Assembly: GCA_040954595.2 (NCBI GenBank)
Contig: CM082579.2
Span: 1,501,908-1,565,907 of the forward strand
Length of the DNA stretch: 64,000 bases
Source: Balanoglossus misakiensis
Taxonomy: Eukaryota > Animalia > Hemichordata
Direction of reading: 5' to 3'
The translations under genes and the position numbers were made by a program. Position 1 is the first letter of the stretch, and each line of letters opens with the position of its first letter. The notes beneath the pieces were generated by a model. It searched no databases. It saw only the letters and a list, made by a program, of their open reading frames with translations, and was not told the origin of the DNA. This document shows, piece after piece, positions 12,701 through 26,188 of the stretch.

Positions 12701-14089
12701 TGTTGCACTGTTAAAGCAATGATCTTAAAATCACAAAACATATATTTATCATTATATGTAAACATTTTGTTAAGACAACTACCTCTATACCCTAGTGTCT
12801 ACGCTGACGGAATATATTACTCCCCAAACAGGACCATGCAGACAGAGAATGGAAATTCGCCCGCACTAAACTCTGGATGAGTTACTTTGATGAGGGATCA
12901 ACTCTGCCTCCCCCCTTCAATCTGATCATCAGTCCCAAATCTATTGTATACTTCTTCAAGGCAATTAAAAGGATTATGTGTGGAAAATGTGAGAAGACAA
13001 AAAAATCCAAACCACAGCGTCAATCCTTAGAAGGCTCAATTAAGGTGAGACACATTTGTTATTTTCATGATACACCATCTATGATGCAATGTATGTAAAT
13101 TGTAAGAAGAATTAATCATTATGATGAATTTTGTTAAACAATATTACAGTAACTTCAAGGTAAGCCTGCATGCAGCAGCTGCCATTTGCAAGCTTTTTTC
13201 CCTAGGAACATAAATCTCTTCTAACAAGCTTCATGTTCATAAATCCTGTTTTAATGCTCACACAAATCAGTAAAGATCCCATTATAGAGTTTAAGCCTGC
13301 CAAAGCTGCTGGGTTAGCATTAACTTGGAAACACTACCTTCTTGAATGACTGAACCAAGTGTTCACTTTAAGAAAACCCCAAAATCTTCCCACAGAAAAC
13401 TCATCAAAGTAATGATGGTATGATTGGGCCCAACTTGCAGAAAAACACCAAATATCAAGATGTTATGAAAAGACTGGTCAGTCGCTACATACATCAACGA
13501 AAAGCCGAACAGAAGGAGGATGGTGTCAATGAAGATGACCTTAATGAAATTAAACAAGATATATCAAGTTTGAGGTAAGCTTGTAGAAAAGGAGCAGAGT
13601 TCATTAAAATCTTATGTTAAGCAATATACATTGCTTTATCAGATGTGCACCAGTTTGGTATTTCAGTTATATCATAGGATTGTAGTTCATAGGATGTAGT
13701 TCATAATGTCTAATATGTTGTTTTCTCCTGCCTATATCACCAGATATGAACTGCGAGAAGACAGGAAGAAAGAGCAGATGAGGGGAACATCACAGATTGA
13801 AAATGTGAAACAGGAAATCATTGGTGAACTGCGAGGGATTGGACAGACACCAGATGGTACACCTGTGACCACCACACCACCCAATCTACTGATGACAGCA
13901 CCACAGGTACCACTTACACCAACTGATATGCAGTTCCTGAAAGATGACATCATCGATGCTGTTCGCAACGAGGTGAAATCCGAGCTGCTTGATGTTCTGA
14001 GGGACGTTCTGCAGAAACCTGGAAGCAAGAACTTTGTGCCTCCCACAAGTGGTGAACTCTACCACACTCACTTGTACACACAATTGTGA
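6795..14089 (+). CDS. TRPC: Canonical transient receptor potential (TRPC) cation channel, spliced, ~933 aa (exon A isoform) or ~932 aa (exon B isoform)
   Basis: Exons 6795-7814, 8151-8514, 9306-9786, [10489-10687 OR 11510-11705], 12832-13044, 13396-13574, 13744-14089, all GT-AG and phase-compatible. Motifs: ankyrin repeats ([47 protein letters not shown]), Zn-site [21 protein letters not shown]|[24 protein letters not shown] pore helix, LNMLIAMMS gate, TRP box [30 protein letters not shown] coiled coil. Kozak gccATG. Confidence 0.96.
10489..10687 (+). CDS. TRPC: TRPC pore/S6 exon A (mutually exclusive)
   Basis: Acceptor ctttttcag, donor GAG|gtatag, 199 nt. Encodes (S)[66 protein letters not shown]. 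Confidence 0.93.
11314..11441. repeat. Imperfect inverted repeat (~128-nt hairpin) just upstream of TRPC exon B
   Basis: tatgacgtgtgtaaggtca (11353-11371) pairs with tgaccttatacatgccata (11387-11405). tgtatt (11345-50) pairs with aataca (11405-10). tagctgtgaat (11314-24) pairs with gttcacagcta (11431-41). Confidence 0.75.
11510..11705 (+). CDS. TRPC: TRPC pore/S6 exon B (mutually exclusive alternative to exon A)
   Basis: Acceptor gcttgctcattag, donor CAG|gtaggc, 196 nt, same entry (2) and exit (0) phases as exon A. Encodes (S)[65 protein letters not shown]. Confidence 0.88.
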
Positions 14090-17000
14090 CATTGCTTGAC
14101 GTTGTCTTTACACCATCTGAAAGGTCAAGGATTGTGCACCAAATAAAGTCATTGCAGTTGAGCGAGTCTGACATTCCTGTGACTGAATACAGCCCAGTTG
14201 GCAGACAGATGTCAGTGAGAAAATTATTCTCAGCACAGCAGTCATTATGTGAAAGTTTGAAACATTTTAACTGTTTCACGAGTAGACATGTATGTGCATA
14301 AGATACTACTAAGTATCTGAAATTTGACATAAGACATGGAGGTTATTTTTCTACCAATAAACTTGAGCTCTGACTTGCCAGGAATTACTATGGTTCATCT
14401 GTGACTTTGTAAGCATTTTAAAGTGACAAACCAAAATATGATTGGGAAAGGGTTTCAAGTCCAAGGAGTGACATCTTTTTTCAACATCTACTGTGTCGGT
14501 GTTGCCATATCAACCATTTGTGTCATATGCAGTACAAGAAGTTCTTCACCTGCTGGTTTGAAATCTGACAGTCATTTACATCTTTACTCTAACCTTGAAA
14601 ATGTGTCTGTTGTCTATATGAAGCAATTTGAGATTTTGTGACATTCATTTTTATATGTGATTTGCAACTGCTTTGCCAAGATATATAATATGTGTACTCT
14701 ATCTTTTAACTTTCTGTGAGTCAATGTATTTGCGTTTCTCATTGAACTGTACAATTTCAGCAACATAACAGGATTGGTTAAACAATTCTGAAAAGGAATG
14801 ATTTTCATTAAAATGTTAATTGTAATGATTGAAACTTGAAACTAATTGTCCTAGCTTCCCGAGCAGAGAAAAGAGTTTGCTATTAATCCCACAGTGCACT
14901 TCTTGACCACTCATTCACTTGTGGCTAATCAGGGTGTTGATTTACTGGTAACATGGAAGGTCAGAATGTACAGCCTGTATGCAAAGAATCAAGTTACAAA
15001 TGATGAGCTTTTGGGCTCTTACTTTCAGTATTACACATGAACAAAGCAAGGTTTCTTTTCTTTCTTTTTTCATTCAGTTTTATGATATAGATGTAGCAAA
15101 ATCCATCCTTTATACAAGTCCCAAGATAACTGTAATTGCATTTGTCAAGATAATTTAACACTGCATTCATGGCATGAGCTCCTACCCTGTTGAGCAAGAG
15201 AGCCCCACTGTCCCCCAAAGGAATGATGCACTGATGCCAACAATCCTGGCCAACACAAAGTGTAATTGCCTGCACTAAATGCTATTTTCCAATTCAATCA
15301 GATGCATGGATGAATTGTCTCCTAGAGGGGGTAAAGATGCAATTTACAGCGTATGTGAATTCTAAGTGGAGAATAAAACAGCTTTCTTCCCGCTGTGCGA
15401 CATTTGAGGTGTACTCTTGCTAATAATAATGAAATCGTCTTGAGGCATTCCTGCACCGTTTATCGACTTTCTAAGCAGAAATCAGAGGTTATTGGCTCAG
15501 AGTTGTCAATTCCTGATCAAAGTGTTGACCTGAACAGTCAGAATATTACTGCAGTAACTTTTACTTATTCTAAACATATTCTTTATATTACATTTTAACA
15601 CTGATTATTACCTGATGTTTAATCATGAATTTCTTTGATGTATTGATGTTGAAAACAGGGCTTTTCATGAAAAGATTAATTATGATTGATAAAGAAATAC
15701 TGAATTGGTTGATATTGCTTATGGCTTTACTGGATATTTTTCATTTATTATGATCAAAACCTGGAGAATTTTAAATCACTTTCTGTGTTTTCTGACAACA
15801 TGTACATTGCACGTGAGATGAATAGGAGATGGCCACACACATCTGATCAGTGTTGTTCATCTGATCACCCCTATTTTAAATCGTATGGAGGGACCTCCAC
15901 CAACAGATAGAAACAGCCACAGGTCATAGTTCATGAAGCAATATTACCCATGATGCACAAGGAAAATTTGGTCCCTGTCCACTTTCTTTAAAACATGTAT
16001 ATCAATTAATTTTTCTCCTGTATGTAACAAGACAAGGAAAAGGAATAAAATATGTAGTTTTCAACATATGTTATCTCTCAATGTAAATTTGTGAAAGTTG
16101 CCATGGTAACATTCAGCAGTACATCACATGTGATTAGCTTTTTGGTCCATAAACATGAACAAAATGCTCAGTATTCAGTTTGTTAGAACATTCTGTACAT
16201 GAGTGATATGTACTGATGTTGTTGAAATATTTAAGTAGGGGCAATTTGAGCAGACTTACAAATACCGTAAATGGTTGCATTTTATTCAGTACAAAAATTA
16301 GTGTAATATCATATAAACCTTGTTTTTGAAAAAGTTCATCAGAAAAATATTTTCTTGCATTGCTACAAAGAAATCTCAGAAGTGAAGTTCAGTGAAAAAA
16401 TTGCAAAGCCATATCAAATACAACAGGTCTACAGACTGATGATTTTTCTGGGGTAACCTTGGAAACCCAAAACACTCAGTTCAGATTTTTTAAGGGCAAA
16501 GTCATCTATCTGCAATGTTATTTTGCTTCTGGTTTCATGTACAGAGACAGAGACACTCTGATTACTGAAACATGATCATCCAAGCAATACTGCAGAAGTA
16601 TATACAGGCACAACAAATGATTTAACATATCATTTCTTCTATCTATTACTACAGTGAGTTGTCAACCTTTAACCAGAATGTGATTTGACCCCCTAGCACG
16701 AAGTAATAACCTATTTAAGGCAGCCAGAATACAGCAAGACTCAATCATCATAAAAGCATGCAATATTATTTTTTGTATGATTATGAGTGATGCATGTAAA
16801 AATTATTGGTATAGTTATCCTCCTTATATACTGAGCGACTAGTTTGTAAAATGGTGACATATGTTTCGGGAGAATGTGAAAGCCTGTAACTGTCAGCGAC
16901 AGCTAATCTTCTACAACACAGTGACAGCATCTGCTGATTTTCTCAAAGTCATTTCACTTCTGGATAAAAATATCAGCAAATCACAACAGTTTTTTAGATC

Positions 17001-18544
17001 AAAATACAATACATCAATAATTACAAAAGGTCTCATGTATCAGAAAAGTAGAACACAGAAATAGGAATACACACAACTTACCTTTTCTATCTGTGAAACT
17101 AAAACTAAAATTATAAATTAGAGAAGAACTTGGTTTATGTGAAAGAAAACAGCAGTTGAATAAACAATGCATGGTGGCAACAAACACAGGTAAGTTTCTA
17201 TAAATACATGTTACCACTTAGGGATATTGATGAATACATTACAGAACAAAAGCTCATATGAAAAACCTGGCTTATTTCAGTGTTGGGAAATTATTTTATA
17301 ATTTAATTTGGAATTTGATTTCAACAGCCAATTTCTTTGCGACAGGCTTACATTTTCATTATGTGGACACAGACAAAGCAAATTTGAACAAGTAAAGTGA
17401 ACCCCGTGTTTAAAACACACGACTGATTTGATATCCAGTGTTGTCTACAATGTGCATTAAGCGCGATCTAGACCAACTTGTAGCCACTGGCAGAAAATCT
17501 AAGGTTTGAAACAGAATGTTTGATTTATGTGAACACAATGCGCTGCTACTACACTATGCACAAATCATGTGACTAAACAGTTGTCTGGAACCAGAAAGCA
17601 GTTATCACACATAACAATAAAAGAACTAAACTCGCTCTCTAAAGATCTCTTCACACACAATTTCCAGGAATGAGGGTTCGAAGTAAAACTGATACACATT
17701 TCAAATGTCAATCTAGATCGCGATCAATTTCTTCTCACCCTTCAAAATGTAACGTATTGCTGTTAGGTTTAATAGATTTGATAAGCTTCATCCCAGCTCA
17801 CTATAAATAATTGGGTTCATTTCATTTTTTGCCGCACCTTCGCTTGGGGAAATTACAGCTTACTCTAAATTGGACCTTGGATTAATATTTCGCTTGATTG
17901 TTGTGGCACTGAGGAGCTACACAGTACACAGTTTCTGTCTTCATGCAACTTATTTTTTTAAGGTTGTGTGTTACATCACTGATTATTCTCATTGTAGGAT
18001 GTTTTTCTGTCAAGTTTCATGTGACACGCACTACAAACTAATGGCAATAAACACTTCTTGTATTCAGATCACTTCAATGACAAATTCCAGGATGCAATTT
18101 AACACTCCAAAGTGGTGGGTGTGAATTTAGCATTCAACCTAGTATTGAGTTAATAATCCTCTTTTAATAGACCCTTCAATTTGATTTCTCCTAACAGCAA
18201 TGCATTTTCCTTCTTCAAAATATGTGAACGATTACTGCAATTTGAGTTGACAAAATTTTGAAAGGTGTAAAATATTCATTCCCCAAGTAGTTGACACGCT
18301 ACAGTGCTGCCTTTCATAGTACTGACTGACAATTATCTATTTCAGAAAGGTCTTCCAAAGAGCAGTGAACTGAAGCTGTAGGCCCCTGAAACTTAAATCC
18401 TGAAACCCCAAATCATTATTATAAATAAATAAGGGCTTTAACCATCTATACAGAACATATTTTAAAAAGATTGTTGAGGTTATCAGTCAAACTACAGTAT
18501 TGTCAAAAATGTTCAGCACTGGAGTGCTGATTTGTAGGCTACTT

Positions 18545-21500
18545 TCAACTCAGGCTAAATTTCTGGATTTCTTTGAGCATTGTTGCATTGTAGGTTTTGA
18601 AGTTCCATTGCTGACCTGGTTCTTGCTTGTTGCATGTTGATGTGACCACATCTTCACCATCTTTTCGGCCATCCATACACTTGTTTGACACTGGATGGTA
18701 TATCAGGCCTGAGTCCTGAGAGAGGGAGGTAGAGAGGTCGAGAATATAAATGATGTCATCTAATGCAGGTATCATTGTATTTATATGCAAATTAAGGCAA
18801 GTCATTTGGGTGTTACTCTTTCTTATGTAAATCAAGAGCCCGTTCTTATGTAAATCAACCTGTCATTTCATCACCTGAACATGCACAAGTAAAGGCCATG
18901 GGCATATAAAAAAAAATCCAAAACAGATGGTCGAATTCAGCGTGTGCCTGCCTGCAGCAATTTGCAAGATATCATGTTCATATTTCAAATTCAATGGGTG
19001 TGGTTCAAATTGCTAGGTGAGGTCTGCCCTGCTGATATTCCATCTGTCAGCTGTTTAAAATTTAAAACTCGCATCTTTTCAGTGTCATAAACTAACAGCG
19101 ACTGGCAGAATCAAATTATGATGGATTTCATCAACTTGAAATTTGGATCAGGTTGCTTCTCTCGTAACTACAGAGTTTAATGATGACTTACATGATAGTA
19201 GATCCAATGTTGGTTTCCCTTCGCTCCGTGACAAGGATAGAATGTGACGGGTGTACCTTCATTTGACCCAGCTGCATCCAAACAGTTTTTACTCGGACCT
19301 GGTCTAAGGTCAACGTGCCAAGTCATTTCAAAATACTATATAAGAAACAAACAGTGATTATCTTCATTGGGTTTTAACCTTGGGAGTGAAGCCATTAAAT
19401 TTCAGAGGTTGGCCATGCCATAAAATGCGCAACTGATGAAAGAGAGAGACAGATTCCATACCTGAAAACTTTTTGGCGAATTACTGTCTGGTTTACATTT
19501 TTTGAGTTTCACTTTACTGCCTTCGCGTGCACCCATGCCATCTAGACAAAGACCTCGTCCAATATTTTTGAGCTGTAGTGTGAGATACATGTATATGTAA
19601 GACAACATTTTAACCACAGTGGCCCATGAGCCAAATTTGTTGGCTGAATTGACAAAACAGGACGGAAACAATTCAGCAATGAAACATCAGTAAAATTACA
19701 TCAGAAATTGATAGTAGTTCTCATAACAAGGTATAGCTATCCCTGGGACTGTTAACTGTTCACAAATGGTACATGGAGAAATTTAAAAAACAGAATGAGG
19801 GGTTTCTTAGGGGTTTGAAAAATAACTTACTTCTCCCCATGCATATGATGGCGGTTCAACAGGTGGATAATATTTCAGTATATCCGGTGCTATTTCCGTC
19901 AAATACCACTTAAAACTTTTGCAATTTAATCGTTTCTTGAGTTCCAGCTGAGCACTGATGTCTCCAAAGCTCTGTCCCCTCAGATGGGGACGTCTTTTAT
20001 AAAAATACTCCTTATACTCATCCATCCATACTTCAACAACTCTCATTAGATTCTGTGACAGCAGAGGAAATAGAAAAAAAAAGATCAATGATAGAATACT
20101 TTGCCGATCAGTCGCAGATGTGGAATCATTGTTATAATGAGGTTTTGTAGGCAGAGGTTTGAAGCAGCATAAAGACACGAAGAACTGCATGTTCATGTAA
20201 TCTATTCCATTTTTGAGATATTACGCTTGAAGGAACAGCTAACTCTAAAATATCAAAGCCATCTTTTAATATGAATATAGACAGGACTAGAGCTGCAAGC
20301 AAAATACTGAGTCTCTCTCCTCATCCAGAATCTCCTGATAATTACTTGTGTAACAAAATCTCACATGGGAACAAGAAATTCTACACTGTGTGATTTTTCA
20401 GGATGTTGCAGTCATGTATTGTAGAACTGGACACCCTTGTGAGAAATTAAGAATAATTTCAATTATCAGATTTACCGCGTTTGTAGAGCCAGGCCCAGAA
20501 GGGAAAGAATAAGGTGAAAATTTTCTGTAAATATGTCCCACTCTTGAGCAAGGAACATCTTCCATAATCCCACCACACATCCAGACCTGCAAAAAAAAAT
20601 TAATATGCTATAAATAAACAACAAATAAATATGCATGTTCAGTTTGTTCTTTACAGAAGATGCATCTGGTAACGCTTTTCATATGTAGCAAATTTCGTAG
20701 TCTGAGCTTCTCAAGACAAATTTTAACATCTCTTCTCCTGGGTAACACTGGTTGACAAAAGTGCTTTTGAGATGGTCATAAGACTCTCATTTATTTCCAT
20801 TTAGTTCTTTTCAGCTAGACAGCATTTGACTTGCCTAGTGATAATGTTTTCCTTTCAATCCATCTCACTGGCATCATCTCAGACCAAGAAACTAAAGAGA
20901 TCATTCAATGAACTGAATAAAATAGACGCCACCAGTATCAAAACACTTCTAACACCTGTGGTTCTTGCATACAACATGTGTGCACAGTTTTCTCACAACC
21001 TTTGTGGATGATTCCACTTTATTGGACCGAGAGGGGTGTTCTCATTAAGTCTCACCGTACCTTGAATGACAGATCATACTGCTCTCCTCCCCAGATTTCC
21101 AATCCTGCGTCATATCCGCCAATTTCACTGAAGTACAAGCGATCAACAGCAAAGAGACCCCCAGCCATTATAGGTGACCTGCATTTTTGTGAAAAGGGAA
21201 AAGAATTGTAATTCTACATGTTCCATATGATGGCTGTGTTCCAAACTCCCCATCTAATATCTAACCCTTTCACCCCTGTTTAAAACAATGGGAATGGACC
21301 AAGTTAAGGTGGCGAGAGGAAGATTGGATTCCTGAGAATGACAGTCAGGAAATGACGCAGACAGACATCTTGCCTGCAGACACAGATTATTTCTGTTCAC
21401 AAAAGACGGATCATTATGGGATTTATTAAATGCAGGAAGCATGGGGGGGGGGGTACCGTTGAAGAAAAAATTAAAGTAATCTACTCATGATTCTGTGATA

Positions 21501-24500
21501 TATTCTGGATTGTGCACAGTCGTTTTGGAAACTGAAAAGAAATGGTGAATTTCTTACTGACATGTTTTGCAGTAAACTACTGATTAAATGGACAAGACAG
21601 ATCATGAACTTTGGAGAGGATATTGCCATGACAACAACAGTAGAATGAAATGTGCAAGCCAAATTTACGAGTACGATGTATTTGTCAAATTTGTTTTTTG
21701 GAGATTGGGCAGATAGTATTACACCAACTGATCAAGTATTGAATTTATAGAAGTGCATATTTCCTTCTACAAGCAAACAAGAAGTTATATGACTTCAACA
21801 CTTAATGTCATTAGTGTTTGCAACAGATCAGCATATTCCAATACTTGACACTTCTGATTTCAGACTCCTCGAGGCTACATCTACTATTGACCTTTTCATG
21901 AACTAGTGTGAGTGTTAAGGCAAGACACAGCTGCTGCAATATATTGTAATCTCCTGAAATGTGAGACATCCGCAGCACTTTCACTGAACAATATTTTCCC
22001 GGAACTGTTCAGATTCTTGTCCTCCATTGCAAGTTTTCTTTGCTTGGCATGGGGACTCTTGTTACCATGCCAACAGCATCAATGCATGCAGATTTAAGCA
22101 TATCAGAATATCTGATTGGTCAATTCCATTGAAAATTGCTTCAAACACCCATCGTTACTGATCTATCTGAAAACACCTTCAAAAATTGAACTGAGAGGAA
22201 ATTCTCGTGAGAATTTAAGTGAAAATCTGAAGTAAAGTGGTTGAGTTAATGCCAGGCGATTTGAAGGTTAAAGAACACCATGGAACACAATACAGGCGCC
22301 CTTTTATAATGTGATATTTATTGATTATAAACTTACATAAACGGCTCAGATGGATGACCTCGCCTCCTCTGTTCAGCCTCATTTATTGGAATTCTTTTGT
22401 AGTACAACTCCCAATCAAAAGCTCCCCTCATGGCATCGCCTGCCTGCGTCTCGTAGTGGAAATCATTGCTGCCAATCACATCAATCATTGGGCACGCAAC
22501 ACAGCGACGGTTTAACGCAATTCTCTCTGAAAGAAACGTCCAAATGCAATGTTTATTGTGGTGGTGGGTCATGTGTACAGTGATACTTTATTGACATCTC
22601 AGAATCTTGGTACAACAGAATATTCCAATTGTGGTAGTAATAAGGGAATACATCACTGATAATTGACCTTGAAAAGTGAAGCAGATTAATTTCAATTTTG
22701 TGTCTTAAAGAATACACATCAGGACTGCTGGCAGAAAGCTGGAAATCAATGGTTGTCAGGATACCCTGTGACAGCAGTGTGAGTGATTGTAGAGTTGAAA
22801 GGAATGAAGACGAATGATTTACTATATTGAAATACACAGCATTGTCGTGACTTGCAGCCATCACAAAGTGGAGAAGTTTTAGAGTATGGCATTAGCCAGG
22901 GAATCATAAAATTGGGCTGTGATGGCGCTGTTGCAAACCAGGACATGGTTGAAGTTCCGTGTCCATACATGTCAGAAATATACTGAAAAAGAGCAATTCT
23001 CCTAGTCCTCAGAGTAGCATGTTACTCTGTCAAATAAACAGAGTTTTCTTGATAAGGGACTGATTTCTCTTTAAACAGTAGAACCAAATAGTCTAAGTGA
23101 AAAAAATACTGGTAAAATAGTAAAGTGAGTCAGATGAAAGATGCATTATTTAAGTTTGCCCGAGAGATATTCAAAATTTGTAGTTTTCAAGGTTGTAAGC
23201 ATAATTCATGTAAACCTTGGAACAACAAAGTAAGTCAGATGAATAAGGGTTTATAGCAAGACTCCATCTACTGACAAGATTTGAAGCCAAAATGAGAGAC
23301 GCCTGCAGGTACAGAACTGATGGAAATCTCCAAGTAGATCAACAACAATCTGTCTTGCTAAAGAAGTGCCTTGGAGTCATGGATAATGTCATGCACAGAG
23401 GGAGATACCTCGTTCCTGACATGCGACAAGATGAATCCATTTTTCTGTAGGGAGTCAAGGTGGTGATGCATGAGTTTCACTCTGAGGGACCATGTTGTGG
23501 TTGTACGCTTTCATGGAGAATTCTGCAGTGTGTCTGGGGTGTATGGGAGGGGTTGTGCTTACCTAATAAAGGTGGCAGCCAATTTACATTGCATTCACAG
23601 TGAGAGTCCAGAAATATCAAAACTTCTCCCCTTGCCCGATCAGCTCCCAGCAGCCGTGTTCTTATCAAGCCTTCCCGTTTCGCTGCCCGGATCAGCCTTA
23701 CTTTGGGAAGTCTTGCCATGTAATCTTCAACTGGTTTTTTGCATTCCTCTGGCAGATGTAACATTAAAATAAATAAAAGGAACTGAGTAGATTAGTCCCA
23801 TGAGCCTGATGACAATGTAGGTAGCTGCATTTGCTCAACAGGTGTACATTAACAACTGAAACGCCAAGATGTCTGCTTCCCCAGAGCTGACACAAAGTCA
23901 CCACGAAAACGATGCATTTCCCAAGGGCCATAAAACATCATTAATGGTTCTGAGTGAGTTGAAACTTTGAAATGGATAAAGGATGCAAAATCCAACTCTG
24001 CATCACAAAACTATGACATTTTCTTGGGGTGTCTGTGTGTCAGCCACAACCATCTCTGTCCCTTACCGTGATCACTGAAGTCATCAACCAATATGATTTC
24101 ATGCAGCAGTTCCGGTGGCGACCGGTTGAGGAGGCTGTGTACAGTACGCTGCAGGATTGAGAGAGCTTCATTGTGGAAGGGTATGACGATGCTGGCGTTT
24201 GGCAGTTTGCTGAAATACTTCAGGGTTTTACACCTGGGAGAAAGAGTTTGCAGAGAGCTGTGATTTGTTGAAATACAGCAACAGTGTAGACTGAAATTGG
24301 CATATTACCACTAGAATTCGAACATAAGTTCAGTTAGCAGCTCACAAGCAGGCTTGGTGACAGTGACTAGAAGCCGATGTCGTTGGGACTTCGAATTTCT
24401 CAAAATATTTGAGACATTTTGACATCTTCTATTCTGTTATTTATAGAACTCGTTAATTTCCTGCTATCCAGATTAAAGGATTTTAATCTCATGCCATCAG

Positions 24501-26188
24501 GTTACCTTGGATCACGGATATCTGGTATGGCTCTGTCAATGGATATGACGTCACTGATGTGCCTATTGAAGCCATGCTTGGAAAAATCTTCTCTCTCCCT
24601 CTGTTTTTCTTCTGGGCTCAGAATGTATGGCTTTCCCTGCTCACCAGGACCTGGGGATTAAATGCAATGTTAGCATAATTCAATATATTTCCATAATTTC
24701 TGGGGTGTTTTCAAAATCTTTTTCTAAAGTGAATCCTCTGATACTCTATGCATAAGTAGGATTAGAATTGGAAACACCACATACTGTACTTCATGACAAA
24801 GCATTACCTGAAACCTCCTGGGTCTCAGTTTTGAAAACACATTTTCATGAATAAACAGTGATAAATCGATATTTTAAAGATTATCACAGGCAGGTAGCTT
24901 CCATTAAAATATGGGTTTATTTATTTATTCATTCTATTCATTTTCTAATGCAATAACAGTCAGTTGAACAAACACTAATGCATACAGCTAGACAAAGCAC
25001 TCTGGGTAACAGATGTGGAAGCTGTATTTAAATGCAATTCTTGTTCAAACATTTCCAGCGAGTCAGAAAAGCTTCTTATTACTCTGGGCAGTTTTATTAT
25101 AGCTGGTTATTACAGAAAACCAACTGCTGTCAATGTTGATAACATTTTCAGTACATGTATTTTTTATTCTGTGCAGCAACGACAATTTCTTGTTCAACTT
25201 GCTAAAGCATGACAACTTTTGGTTGTACCTGCTCGGTCAATATGCTTTCCCCTCCCCTTCTCCCTCCCTCCCTTTCTTACTCACTCACTCACTCTCTAAC
25301 TCACTCACTCACTCACTCACTCACTCACTCACTCACTCACTCACTCACTCTCTAACTCACTCACTCACTCACTCACTCACTCACTCACTCACTCACTCAC
25401 TCACTCACTCACTCACTCACTCACTCACTCACTCACTCACTCACTCACTCACTCTCTAACTCACTCACTCACTCACCTTGCCTCTGAGCATCAGCCTGTA
25501 TTTGTTTGTAATCATGCCAGTCACGTTTGGGCACTTTGCTGTAATCTACACCATTTCCAGAATCCGAGAGGACATCAGGATCGACAGGTGCAACTGCTGC
25601 AAAGCCTTTTACTTCAATGCCATTGTCCTGTGTACAAAGAGTGAAAGAATAAAAATCAACTCATACTATCAACCCATCGCAGCAGTAATTATACAGTTGA
25701 TTTTGTTTTACTTTATGCACTCCATTTTATCATTCATATTTTGTGCATTTTGCTGAGCAGGTTATATAAACATTTTTCCATCTGATCTTGTCAGTGTTCA
25801 GTTGGGTTGTCATGGAAACAGAGCATTTTAATAGAGATGATAATGCATGTATCTGATTGAGAATTATGTTGCCATGGCATTTAGTTATCGTCTCTTGTTG
25901 AAAATTTTGCCTGGGAGTCATAATTCCATGCTGACGTGATTCCAAAGTATATTCTGAGAAAAAAAAAAGATATTAGAGAGAGAAGGACATGTAACTCTCT
26001 CTCTCTATACTGACTATGGTTCTTCATACTTTTACCTGTGAATTTATCCCACGATCAACGTTCTTTCCCTTTGCTGGGTCAAATGGTATTCCAAATGGAG
26101 AAGACCACAACAGGAACACTGGAATCAGCATCAACAGCACGCCAATTAAAACCACATATCTGAGAAGAATTCGTGTGGACCACCGCAT
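18545..26188 (-). CDS. GALNT10: Polypeptide N-acetylgalactosaminyltransferase, GALNT10/GALNTL6-like, 12 coding exons, ~622 aa
   Basis: Exons (minus) 26188-26036, 25627-25477, 24650-24506, 24233-24067, 23748-23563, 22526-22337, 21178-21061, 20586-20476, 20052-19831, 19572-19462, 19335-19192, 18715-18545; total 1869 nt. Type II TM anchor ([18 protein letters not shown]), [44 protein letters not shown] motif [48 protein letters not shown], ricin-type lectin repeats ([19 protein letters not shown]). Confidence 0.93.
25279..25476 (-). repeat. (GTGA)n/(TCAC)n microsatellite, ~200 nt with three TCTCTAAC interruptions, starting exactly at a GALNT splice donor
   Basis: Read directly. The minus strand reads AAG|GTGAGTGAGTGAGT... 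from the exon end at 25477. Confidence 0.97.

Noticed and set aside
14087-14146. Stop-codon readthrough at the TRPC TGA-C
   Set aside because: The context is TGA CAT rather than the strong TGA CTAG motif. The extension is only 18 unremarkable codons and would remove the PDZ motif.
13732-14330. Overlapping minus-strand ORFs of 104, 68 and 126 aa
   Set aside because: Antisense to the last TRPC exon; no recognisable motifs.
1806-16697. Shared 17-mer tgatttgaccc(c/t)tagc at 1806 and 16681
   Set aside because: Similarity does not extend into the flanks; too short to call a repeat family.
25133-25459. 108-aa ORF with THSL repeats
   Set aside because: Translation of the (TCAC)n microsatellite, antisense to a GALNT intron; not a protein.
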